A stretch of 64,000 nucleotides of DNA. Origin: Asterionella formosa (Eukaryota). The position numbers and the translations under genes are program-made. Position 1 is the first letter of the stretch. Each line of letters starts with the position of its first letter. Where the stretch lies: positions 1 through 64,000 of the forward strand of contig NKIB01012878.1 of assembly GCA_002256025.1 (NCBI GenBank), given 5' to 3'. The notes under the pieces were generated by a model, which was not told the origin of the DNA, did not search any database, and saw nothing but the letters and a program-made list of their open reading frames with translations. This document shows, piece by piece, positions 10,397 through 21,400 of the stretch.

Positions 10397-11807
10397 TTCA
10401 GTCTAGGCAATTCAAAGTTTTCGTAACAGTCCTGTAAGATTTCTGACATTGGCATTCAGAATTATCATGCGAATAATATTCGAACTGGACATACTTTGCG
10501 TTGAGCTAATACATTAAGATGTATGCTGTCACATTTTAAGCATTATATGATTCTCATACTGATGGAACCAGGTATTTGCCCCTGATACGCTGTCGTCAAT
10601 TAATAGTTCTTCCTGGTAGGTCTACCTGTTAGTCGATAGCTTGTGCGATTAACATGGTTGGACATGCCAGTGTCGATCTATGGCTAAATATACTAGTCTA
10701 GACTTCAACATATATGAATGCATTAGGAAGTACATTTGCGTTCGACCTAAAATTTCTTATGAATATATTATAGGCACATTATTATTAGATTATTATTATT
10801 ATATTTTTTATTATATATTTTTACACAGAACATGTACCAAGTAGAGTAGAGTACCAGGTAATCTGCAAAACAATAGCTTTGATTTTATGACATCAAATAA
10901 CAAAGCAAATATTGAGAATTACTTCACGACACTAGTACTACATAATAGAATAGTACCTTGCAGTGCTGACGTTATTTAGTTGCATTCATCATAAAAAAAT
11001 AAGGTGTTGGAGAAATGATTTTAGGAGACATACATCCAGGTATTAAAATTACCCTACATACCAGTATATACACAAGCATGTTGAATCAAATGAATCAAAA
11101 AGGATACCAAGATCAGAATTCGAAAACAAACAGCCTGCAAGTAGAACTCATAATTCTTTAACATCTTTTAGGAATGTTTACAATCAACCATTATTCATAT
11201 CTACAGTCTATTTGGTCTCTGACATGTCCTTAAAGGATACAGAAAGCAATAGTAAGCTTTGGGACGCAATATCAACACAAGGTGCTGGGTGTGCTATTCT
11301 GACTTTCTATTAAATTTATTTGCAACATTTTGTTCCTTCTGATTGATGTTTTCCAGGTATCATATTAAGTATGTATCATCATCATGCTGATAGCGATGAC
11401 TGCATCCCATATGTGTGTGTTTCAGGGGGAGGGTCGGTCTAGGTCTCCTCTCCAGAGGAGGTTACATACTGGTACACTGCCATGCGACTCAAAACAGAAC
11501 AACATCGCAGCGCGTTTTTTCATGACGTGGTAGTATATTTAGTACATATAAATATATCCCATATCCCATGGCCCATAGTATACCATATTGTTTGACAAAC
11601 AGATACAATAACTACGGTAATACACCAAACAGAACAAAAATGAAAAATAAAAAACTTGTAGGAGTTGTACCTGGATAAATTGCTCATCATTTCATACGAC
11701 AGCACCATGTAGAAATCTGGGTTTTATATCATCCATCACCATTCTCGCAAATCAATGACTCACACTCTTGCTTATACATAAATACAACTTGAGGATTTTC
11801 AATAACC

Positions 11808-12794
11808 ATGGCATTCGCGGATCGTATATCAACATCAGGTCCTACCTCTGTCCCGATTGTGGACCTGTCGTGTTTTGGAGATGGTGGTTTAGAGGAAGAT
11901 CAGATCCAAGTGGCCAGGGAGCTTCATAGGGCTTGTGTCGAAGTTGGCTTTGTCTACATTCGTGGCCACGGATGTCCTCAAGACACAATCGATGCAGCGT
12001 TTCAGCAAGTGAAGGCTCTTTTTGATCTCAACAAGGAACAAAAAGAAGCACTTAATGCTAAGAATTCTTCTCTTTATCGAGGGTACAACTCGGCAGAAAC
12101 AGGATCTCATTCGTGCACTCCAGACGAGAAGGATACCTTGCCGGACTTGAAAGAAAGTTTTACGATTGGCGCAGAGGGCTCCTTGTCACCCATGCATGGG
12201 GCAAATCAATTCCCTGAATCCTCGTTACTACCTCACTTTGAGCTCGTCATGAGAGACTATTGGAAGTGCCTCCTTCATGTGGTGGGACGACGTCTCATGA
12301 TTGCTCTGGCCATGAGTTTAGACCTACCTAGGGACTTTTTCCTACAACGTTGTAGTGATCCTGTGGCTCAAATGATACTCTTAAGATACCCACCCTCCAC
12401 TCCTATTCGCCGTGGTTGTGGTTCGCATACCGACTGTGGCTTCTTGACAATATTGGCTCAAGATGAAGATGGATTGCAAGTTCAAAACGCAAATGGGACA
12501 TGGATGATGGCACCACTTATCCCTGGGACGTTTGTGGTCAATTTAGGTGACATGGCGGCGAGATGGTCCAACGATTTGTACCAAAGTACTCTTCATCGTG
12601 TTAGTAACAACCACAATGCCTTTCCCAGGCACTCAATTCCATTCTTTTTGAATTGCAACTATGATGCCACAGTCGAGTGTATAGTATCTTCAGAGGAACC
12701 GTTACCCAAGTATCCACCGGTCAAGGCAGGAGAGTACATTCTGGAAAAGCTTGGTTTGATGTATCTGGCAGACACACATTCTATGGTGGAATAA
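11808..12794 (+). CDS. 2-oxoglutarate/Fe(II)-dependent dioxygenase (IPNS-like family)
   Basis: VPIVDLS, GFVYIRGHG, DLKESF, the HTD...H iron triad (HTDCG; STLHRV) and the RHS 2OG-binding motif. Confidence 0.95.
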   Translation: MAFADRISTSGPTSVPIVDLSCFGDGGLEEDQIQVARELHRACVEVGFVYIRGHGCPQDTIDAAFQQVKALFDLNKEQKEALNAKNSSLYRGYNSAETGSHSCTPDEKDTLPDLKESFTIGAEGSLSPMHGANQFPESSLLPHFELVMRDYWKCLLHVVGRRLMIALAMSLDLPRDFFLQRCSDPVAQMILLRYPPSTPIRRGCGSHTDCGFLTILAQDEDGLQVQNANGTWMMAPLIPGTFVVNLGDMAARWSNDLYQSTLHRVSNNHNAFPRHSIPFFLNCNYDATVECIVSSEEPLPKYPPVKAGEYILEKLGLMYLADTHSMVE

Positions 12795-13838
12795 TACACC
12801 ATGATTTGATTCCCTATAGAAATGCCAGTATAAACTGCGTATCTATTATTATTACTATATGTATGTATAGTGTGGGCATTGAATCGAAGCAAAACCTACA
12901 TAGCTAATAGTGATTTGATTAACTTTTAGGTTGATTGAGCCATCCTAAGTTTTGTGCATGTTGCTTATACCGTATGACATGTATGGACATATGTAGTCTA
13001 CAATTAGGTGACATCAGATCATGATGGTGCCGCCTCTGCGTGCAGGCTAATCTGTGGATTCGTCTCATGATACCACTATTATGTACCACGATACCCATGT
13101 TAAAAAAATAACACATACAACAGTACCGGTAGTAATAGATACTACTCCGAGTAACAGGTACTGACACACGAAGTATGATACATTTCCATCCGAAGAACTA
13201 TACCGGTACCGTAGTGGTGTATGTATGTCCGACATTCCTACACATCGTCTTTCATATATAAATACATCATGCCGTACGTGCTTTTTTTTAATTTGAGTCG
13301 TTGTCGTCATCCTGATATCATCAACACGATGGGCAGTACCCAGGTTACATACTAAAGCATAATCCCTCATCATCATCATCATCATGGTCAAACGCGTAGC
13401 CACTTCATTAAGCAAATAGCTAAGAAAGCACCGAAAATTCGATGTATGAAACACCAACTGGTACCTGGTACTCACACTCACAGCACAGCCACCCATCACA
13501 GAAAATTGAGGGCTCTCTGAGATCACATGTCGATGTGACTTCGAGTTGTTTTTCCATACACACACCACACACGAGAGACATGATCATAATTATGCTAAAA
13601 AATGTTTGATGATAACATTATTTCTCGATGCTCACAAGTACATTAAGCAATAGATTGGCAAGGGAACGAAAGCGTTCATCCTAACCAATCATCTAAACGT
13701 ATATAGCACTACTTGTGTCCTTTAATTTTGCTTCCCCTTCCAACCATCAAAAAGGATACTATCTAATAACCCAAAGTATACATTTCATAGTGAGAATTTG
13801 CTAAACATACCAACGACAGCATTAATTACAAACACACA

Positions 13839-14243
13839 ATGCCAGAATCTCATAAAGCAGAACGACGTCGAGTTCAGAAGAACAATGTGTTATTGGGGAT
13901 TGGAGATGAAACGGGTCGGATTCCGGTTCGGAGCAAGGAACCTCCCAAAATGGGAAAATGTATTATTTGCCAATTTGAACTCAAAATCACCAAGACCAAT
14001 ACCGAACTCACGGCTCATGCCAAAGGAAAGCATGGCAAAATGATAGAAGACTGCTTTCCAGGAGCAAAGGAAATTGCTCAAGAGCTACTGAATGCATCCA
14101 ACACAATAAAGGCATCCAAGGCTACAACATCATCAACGTCAGGTCCACCCACCAGTAAAGCATCGACGAAGAAGAAGGATATTGCTGGTCTGAATGATTT
14201 ATTAAATGCTGGATTAAGCTCCGGGAAAAAGAGCAAGAATTAA
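13839..14243 (+). CDS. Small C2H2 zinc-finger protein (zf-met2/At2g23090-like)
   Basis: CIICQ...LTAHAKGKHG...EDCFP motif with basic flanks. Confidence 0.75.
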   Translation: MPESHKAERRRVQKNNVLLGIGDETGRIPVRSKEPPKMGKCIICQFELKITKTNTELTAHAKGKHGKMIEDCFPGAKEIAQELLNASNTIKASKATTSSTSGPPTSKASTKKKDIAGLNDLLNAGLSSGKKSKN

Positions 14244-14426
14244 ATTATAAATTGGGTCATACATTACTTTTTAATTTGAGAATACGTGAACTTCTCCGTT
14301 ATCATTCGACAAGAAATATAACGAGGCACTACCGGTATTGTAGCTCCGTCTGTTACTTCTCCCTTCTGTTAGAATGGTGAGTTCCACAAATTTTCTTACA
14401 AGTGTAATGATCGTGCTTTTTCCCGC

Positions 14427-17330
14427 TTATTCGGACAAAAACACACTGTTTGAAAGAGCCCTTGACAATCCCTGCTTGGTACCAACTTTGCTCCTCATCA
14501 AATTCAACAACTCGGCCAGCATTCCACTAGATGTTGAGTCTGCACCAGCGGCAGCTCCTTGTATAATGAGTGGATACCGTCGGTGACGTTGAGTAAAGAA
14601 TCGAACGCAGTTGCAAGAAGGTGGAGATACAGCAAAGGCATGATGCCAGGGCACCTCGACCAACTTGATTTCAATGTGCTGATTCTTGACATCAACACTG
14701 GCAATTTGGCGCAGGACACAACCTCGAGACGTGGCATCCGCGACACGTTCCGCGATTCGTTGATCGATTTCTGCTGGAACAGCATTGAAATCAATAGACG
14801 ATGCATCTACCAGTTTATCGCTTTCGTCTCGAATTTGTTGAGTCGTATACGAGCGGTCCAAGCCAAGTTCCTTGGCAAGAACCATGCACACGCGAGCGAT
14901 ATAGTCATTGTTCATATCCTTGGTGGGATCGTCTTCCATTAACCCAAGCACCACAGCTTCCTTGATGGCTTCACTGAAAGAAACAGCCTCGCAAACCTTG
15001 CTCGATGGTGACATGGACATGTCGCCCCGAAAAGCTCCACGACTGGAAAATTCATCAAACTCGGAAAGAACAGTAAAATTTGGCGGTGGAGAGATTCGAA
15101 ACATAATGTACGAGAGCGACACAGACAGTATTCCATCCACACGGTTAACCTTGTCGCCTGAGTTCAAGAGACTTCGAAGAGTACCGATGATAGGAAGAGC
15201 TCCTCCTACGGTCACTTCACGAAGGTATTGAGCCGATAACTTCCCTTGTGCAACTTCAGCAGCAGAAATTGCATCGCGTTGTTCACGAGAACCGGCGAGA
15301 CCAGTATTGTTAGCAGTGACAACATGCACACCGGCTTGAAGCCAGTTGGCGTGGTGCTGCCCCACCACATCCTCCGCAGTGCAATCGAAAACGACATGAT
15401 GAGCACACTCGTCACTAATAAGGTGACCGATGAAAGAATCCAAACCTCCTGGTGCAAGATCTGTGATGTCCATGGAGTCTTTCCCTTCAAAGCCGACAGC
15501 AGGTGCTCCCAACAAGAACGCTCCTCCAGTCAATTTATTGTAGGACGCAATGGTAATTGAGTTCATTCCCACGTTGTCTCCTTTCAACTTGACAACATCT
15601 GGAGCCGTCCCGTCAGTCATAACAGCACAAACTTGCAAGTCCACTTCATACGATTCTCTCATTTTGCTTCGTTGAGATTCAAGTAGCTTCAGCAAGGAGT
15701 CGCCCAATTCCGTCATTCCAATAACACCCACCCGAACAGTTGTGTGAGAGAGACTAAACGCAGCATGGACGGCTCTCAATGCACGAGTTGATTCACTTGT
15801 CCATACGACAGCCGAAATATTCCGTTCGGAACAGCCTTGAGAAATTGCCAGCACGTTGATTTTTGCATCTCCAAGTGCGGAAAAGAAGCGACCAGCAACA
15901 CCAGCCGTTGCACTCATCCCATCTCCCACGGCAGCAATAATCGAGCATGGCCCTACAACATCCACATCCGAAATGCGTTTTTCGCGAAGTTCCTTGTGAA
16001 ATTCTTCTTCAATGGCCAATTTGGCACGTTGAGCCGACTCAGCGAGAGTGGCAAAGGTAATGGAGTGCTCTGACGACGCTTGTGAAATGAGAACGACGTT
16101 TACCCCTATAGATTCCAAGGTTCCAAACATTCGTTTGGCAACACCAGGGACACCAATCAACCCCGAACCTTCCACGTTAATCAAGGCCATTTGTTCAATG
16201 GACGAAAACCCACAGACGCACCTGTCCCTATCTATATGCGTTTGCGAGGACGTATATATTCTGGTTCCTCGAAAGGATGAATGGAATGTGTTGCGAATGT
16301 AAATAGGAATTTGTGGATTCGCCGAGATCGCTGGTTGCATGGTTTTTGGGTGAATGACCTTTGCACCAAAGTATGCCAATTCCATGGCTTCGTTGTATGA
16401 TACTTCCGAGAGAACATTGGCAGCTGGAACACGTCGAGGATCTGCAGAAAGCACTCCATCAACATCTGTCCAAATAGTGATGCAGTTACTCGACAGGAGC
16501 CGTCCCATAATGGCAGCCGAGTAGTCCGAACCATCTCGTCCCAAGGTTGTCGCGACTCCGTTACTATTGGACGCCACATATCCAGTAATGACAAAATGAA
16601 ATTTGGCGCCACTCGGTAGGTTTAGCAGTTCTTCGTCGTATACTTGTTGAAGCTTCGAATGCGACAAATCCCAGCAAACAGCGCCGTGTTGGATGGCTTC
16701 TTCGTCGATCGTGATGACTCTTCGAGCATCCAAATACTGAAAGTAATGATGCTGATACGTGTCTTCGTTAAGGGACGCTGAGCTGTTCGTCTTGAAAAGT
16801 TCCGTTCTTGCATTCGCTCGATTCCTGAGTAGAGCCGCCAAGATTTGCGCAGACCACAGTTCTCCGTATCCAGACACCAGTTCAGAAATACGAGTTGCTT
16901 GCCACTTCATGAGAGCCACTGTCTTTAAGATATCCCTAATATCATTGAGATCACTCTCAATAACTTTCTTGAGCGCTGCCGCTTCGTCTGGTTCAAAGAG
17001 TGTCTCAAGACATGTGTGGTGCTTTTCCAAAATGATGTCAATGTTCTGTTCCACTCTGTCATTCTCTCGATTGGACGCGGCTTCCACCGTCGACAAGAGC
17101 AAGTCCGTCGTCTTTGGCTTGCCCCCCATGGCGGACACGACTACAGCGAGACACAAGGCATGGGGTGTCCCATTCGTGTCAAGTTGCTCTTCGACAATGG
17201 ACGCTGCCATACGGAAACAGTCGGCATTTGCCACGGACGTTCCTCCGAATTTGTGGACTTGCCATTTCTTTCCCGCAAATCCATCCATAGGTTCTTGTTC
17301 GTCAGGAGCAGCAGAAACAGAGCGACTCAT
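14427..17330 (-). CDS. thrA: Aspartokinase-ACT-ACT-homoserine dehydrogenase fusion (ThrA-like); HSDH domain degenerate
   Basis: HKFGGTSV, VVVSAMGG, GELWSA, TLGRDGSDYSA, WTDVDGVLSADPR and EAMELAYFGAKVIHP kinase motifs, two ACT repeats (ISQASSEHSI, ISQGCSERNIS) and a C-terminal HSDH-like fold. Confidence 0.93.
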   Translation of the reverse strand: MSRSVSAAPDEQEPMDGFAGKKWQVHKFGGTSVANADCFRMAASIVEEQLDTNGTPHALCLAVVVSAMGGKPKTTDLLLSTVEAASNRENDRVEQNIDIILEKHHTCLETLFEPDEAAALKKVIESDLNDIRDILKTVALMKWQATRISELVSGYGELWSAQILAALLRNRANARTELFKTNSSASLNEDTYQHHYFQYLDARRVITIDEEAIQHGAVCWDLSHSKLQQVYDEELLNLPSGAKFHFVITGYVASNSNGVATTLGRDGSDYSAAIMGRLLSSNCITIWTDVDGVLSADPRRVPAANVLSEVSYNEAMELAYFGAKVIHPKTMQPAISANPQIPIYIRNTFHSSFRGTRIYTSSQTHIDRDRCVCGFSSIEQMALINVEGSGLIGVPGVAKRMFGTLESIGVNVVLISQASSEHSITFATLAESAQRAKLAIEEEFHKELREKRISDVDVVGPCSIIAAVGDGMSATAGVAGRFFSALGDAKINVLAISQGCSERNISAVVWTSESTRALRAVHAAFSLSHTTVRVGVIGMTELGDSLLKLLESQRSKMRESYEVDLQVCAVMTDGTAPDVVKLKGDNVGMNSITIASYNKLTGGAFLLGAPAVGFEGKDSMDITDLAPGGLDSFIGHLISDECAHHVVFDCTAEDVVGQHHANWLQAGVHVVTANNTGLAGSREQRDAISAAEVAQGKLSAQYLREVTVGGALPIIGTLRSLLNSGDKVNRVDGILSVSLSYIMFRISPPPNFTVLSEFDEFSSRGAFRGDMSMSPSSKVCEAVSFSEAIKEAVVLGLMEDDPTKDMNNDYIARVCMVLAKELGLDRSYTTQQIRDESDKLVDASSIDFNAVPAEIDQRIAERVADATSRGCVLRQIASVDVKNQHIEIKLVEVPWHHAFAVSPPSCNCVRFFTQRHRRYPLIIQGAAAGADSTSSGMLAELLNLMRSKVGTKQGLSRALSNSVFLSE

Positions 17331-18453
17331 GGGTTTTGTGTCGGAATGTGAAGGGGGTACGAGGTGTCGATTGCTTGCTTCCGGTAGGCTTATATATATT
17401 AAATGATTATATTATATGGATGTTAGTTACCGGTAGTGCCTTGATTATGATGTGATGGCAAATCTCAAAGGTAGAACTGCTCTTCTTCCTGCACAATGTG
17501 TTATGTAGCTTCACTTTTGATATACAGGTGTCGGCCTCAGTACATATTTCAGTTTATGATACATTGAGGACAAAAGTTTTGTCTGTGGTCGTCTTTATCT
17601 GTATTCTGTATACTGGTTCATATGGTGCCTGCATAGTATGCGATAGTTCCGGGTTTTAAAACCCAATACCGGTCGTAGCTAGTATGCTGAAGTGACGATA
17701 AAATGAAACCAAATAGGTACCAGGTACTATACCACTGCCTACTACACTGTCATCAGCTAGCGATGTCTTCTTTGATGTGTTGTATCGTAACATAAAACAA
17801 ATACCGGTAGTACTCCATTCGACATCCTCAACCACACATATTTCATTTTTTCCCGTCATTCCGGCATTAAAATATCAGGAGCTATTTGCCTGTAGAACAG
17901 TCAATATATTACCATAGCAAAGCACCCATAGGACCCTACTACCAGCTACGAGGACGTTTTAGTATGGCCAACATTGTCAGTGAGTGACACGCGATTCTTC
18001 AGTCATGAGACTTCAGGTGGTTGCAGTACCAGGTCCTGGTATGATGCATACATACTGGTACATGCGAACCAGCACTTAGGTCTGTGGGTTTAACGGTTAT
18101 ATACCGGTAAACATGCGTGACAGTTGGTTGTTGTCTGTGTTCACTTGTCTGTACGCCAAACCAATTCAAATTAGGGGGCTACTTGTCGTTTTCTTGCTTG
18201 TTTGTTGGAAGTATCAGCCATTTGCGAGGTTTTTAAAAATTGTTGCCGCCGTTGCTGCTTGCTCCTAAAAAAGGTACATGTGGGAAATAATCACTCGTTC
18301 TCTGTTTGGAGTAAGCATCAAGGCGACATATCGGATCCCTTTTCAATTCCTTTTTGCTTCCCAACGCATATCCACTGATCTTCATTATTATAGAACACAC
18401 CAACCACAGCAAAGGAAAACAGAATAAATCGTAAAATCAGAGCAACAAGAAGC

Positions 18454-21400
18454 ATGGACGAAGATGAAGCAGCGCTTCTTGCGGAGCTTCGAGCAATATC
18501 ATCGAGGTCGAATCGATTTGTTGATGATTCAACGGGAACAAGCAATGTTCAAGAAACAATGGGATTGGTATCATCAAGTGATGATCAGCAGGGTCGCAAC
18601 AACGGTTGTGGAACGATTTTACCAACGTCAATTGTCGACGACGAAAGACTATTACTGGCAGATTTGAGAGCCATTCGTATTGAACGATTGGATATTGCAA
18701 ACATTGATTCTCCTTCGCTAAGAAAAAGGGACGATTCAGACGTTGACAATCTAGTTAAGTCAGAACACGGGCTTCAGTTCAAGTGTCGCAACTCCATCGA
18801 CGCAGCAACTAACAAGGTGACGCCAATACTTGCTGAAGGCGGTGAAGCGGAAGTATTAGCGGAACTACTTGCTACTTCGAATATGAGCGAGCGTATGAAT
18901 CGATTTGCGGAGTCACCCAGTGACAAAGTATGCAATCAGCTCGAATATGCTTCTACCACTACCAAAAACATGCATGGTTTGCAAGCAGAACGCGGTGGTG
19001 ACGCGAATGATGACGAATTGCACACCGAACTATTGGCTATTTCAAACAAGAACAAGGGTTTGCATCGATTTTCTAGCAACGAGAATACATCATCGGCAAA
19101 GTCACCTATGAAAACTGAAAAATTGGAGTCCGAATTGCCTAGGGCTAAAAAATCAACATCGAAATCAACTGACGACACAGATATTGATGACATCCTTGTC
19201 GCCTCTTCGATACCAGACGTAACAGTTAGTCAGGAACAAGACATGGTTCCTATACCACAGGGTGGGTTCAAGGCGAATTCACAGGCCAAAACATTTCAAG
19301 GTGATCGTGGCGGTGACGCTAATGATGACGAACTACTTGCGGAACTCTTAGCTATTTCAAATAAGAACAAGGGCTCAAATCGTTTTGCTGCAAGTGACCA
19401 GGATGCAGAACCATCCAGGTCACCAATCGAATCGAAGCAGAGTAGCCCTTCAACGGAGGTCCCTCCATGGAAAAGAAAATCTCAAAAACCAGCAACACCG
19501 AAATCAACTAACGACGCAGATATTGATGACATCCTTGTCGCCTCTTCGATACCAGACGTAACAGTTAGTCAGGAACAAGACACGGTTCCTATACCACAGG
19601 GTGGGTTCAAGGCGAATTTACAGGCCAAAACATTTCAAGGTGATCGTGGCGGTGACGCTAATGATGACGAACTACTTGCGGAACTCTTAGCTATTTCAAA
19701 TAAGAACAAGGGCTCAAATCGTTTTGCTGCAAGTGACCAGGATGCAGAACCATCCAGGTCACCAATCGAATCGAAGCAGAGTAGCCCTTCAACGGAGGTC
19801 CCTCCATGGAAAAGAAAATCTCAAAAACCAGCAACACCGAAATCAACTAACGACGCAGATATTGATGACATCCTTGTCGCCTCTTCGATACCAGACGTAA
19901 CAGTTAGTCAGGAACAAGACACGGTTCCTATACCACAGGGTGGGTTCAAGGCGAATTTACAGGCCAAAACATTTCAAGGTGATCGTGGCGGTGACGCTAA
20001 TGATGACGAACTACTTGCGAAACTCTTAGCTATTTCAAATAAGAACAAGGGCTCAAATCGTTTTGCTGCAAGTGACCAGGATTCAGAACCATCCAGGTCA
20101 CCAATCGAATCGAAGCAGAGTAGCCCTTCAACGGAGGTCCCTCCATGGAAAAGAAAATTTCAAAAACCAGCAACACCGAAATCAACTAACGACGCAGATA
20201 TTGATGACATCCTTGTCGCCTCTTCGATACCAGACGTAACAGTTAGTCAGGAACAAGACATGGTTCCTACACCACAGGGTGGGTTCAAGGCGAATTCACA
20301 GGCCAAAACATTTCAAGGTGATCGTGGCGGTGACGCTAATGATGACGAACTACTTGCGTAACTCTTAGCTATTTCAAATAAGAACAAGGGCTCAAATCGT
20401 TTTGCTGCAAGTGACCAGGATGCAGAACCATCCAGGTCACCAATCGAATCGAAGCAGAGTAGCCCTTCAACGGAGGTCCCTCCATGGAAAAGAAAATTTC
20501 AAAAACCAGCAACACCGAAATCAACTAACGACGCAGATATTGATGACATCCTTGTCGCCTCTTCGATACCAGACGTAACAGTTAGTCAGGAACAAGACAT
20601 GGTTCCTACACCACAGGGTGGGTTCAAGGCGAATTCACAGGCCAAAACATTTCAAGGTGATCGTGGCGGTGACGCTAATGATGACGAACTACTTGCGGAA
20701 CTCTTAGCTATTTCAAATAAGAACAAGGGCTCAAATCGTTTTGCTGCAAGTGACCAGGATGCAGAACCATCCAGGTCACCAATCGAATCGAAGCAGAGTA
20801 GCCCTTCAACGGAGGTCCCTCCATGGAAAAGAAAATCTNNNAAATAAGAACAAGGGCTCAAATCGTTTTGCTGCAAGTGACCAGGATGCAGAACCATCCA
20901 GGTCACCAATCGAATCGAAGCAGAGTAGCCCTTCAACGGAGGTCCCTCCATGGAAAAGAAAATCTCAAAAACCAGCAACACCGAAATCAACTAACGACGC
21001 AGATATTGATGACATCCTTGTCTCCTCTTCGATACCAGACGTAACAGTTAGTCAGGAACAAGACACGGTTCCTATACCAAAGGGTCGGTTTAAGGCGAAC
21101 TCACAGGCCAAAACATTTCAAGGTGATCGTGGCGGTGACGCTAATGATGACGAACTACTTGCAGAACTCTTAGCTATTTCAAATAAGAACAAGGGCTCAA
21201 ATCGTTTTGCTGCAAGTGACCAGGATGCAGAACCATCCAGGTCACCAATCGAATCGAAGCAGAGTAGCCCTTCAACGGAGGTCCCTCCATGGAAAAGAAA
21301 ATCTCAAAGACCCGCAACACTAGAATCTGAAGAGTCGTCGCTTCTATCTTCGAAAAGTAAAAATGATTCCGGGATAGTTAGCAAGAATAGTGTCAAACTC

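Noticed and set aside
19162..21318. CRISPR-like or non-coding repeat array
   Set aside because: The units are contiguous 339-bp in-frame coding repeats with no unique spacers, in a eukaryotic context.
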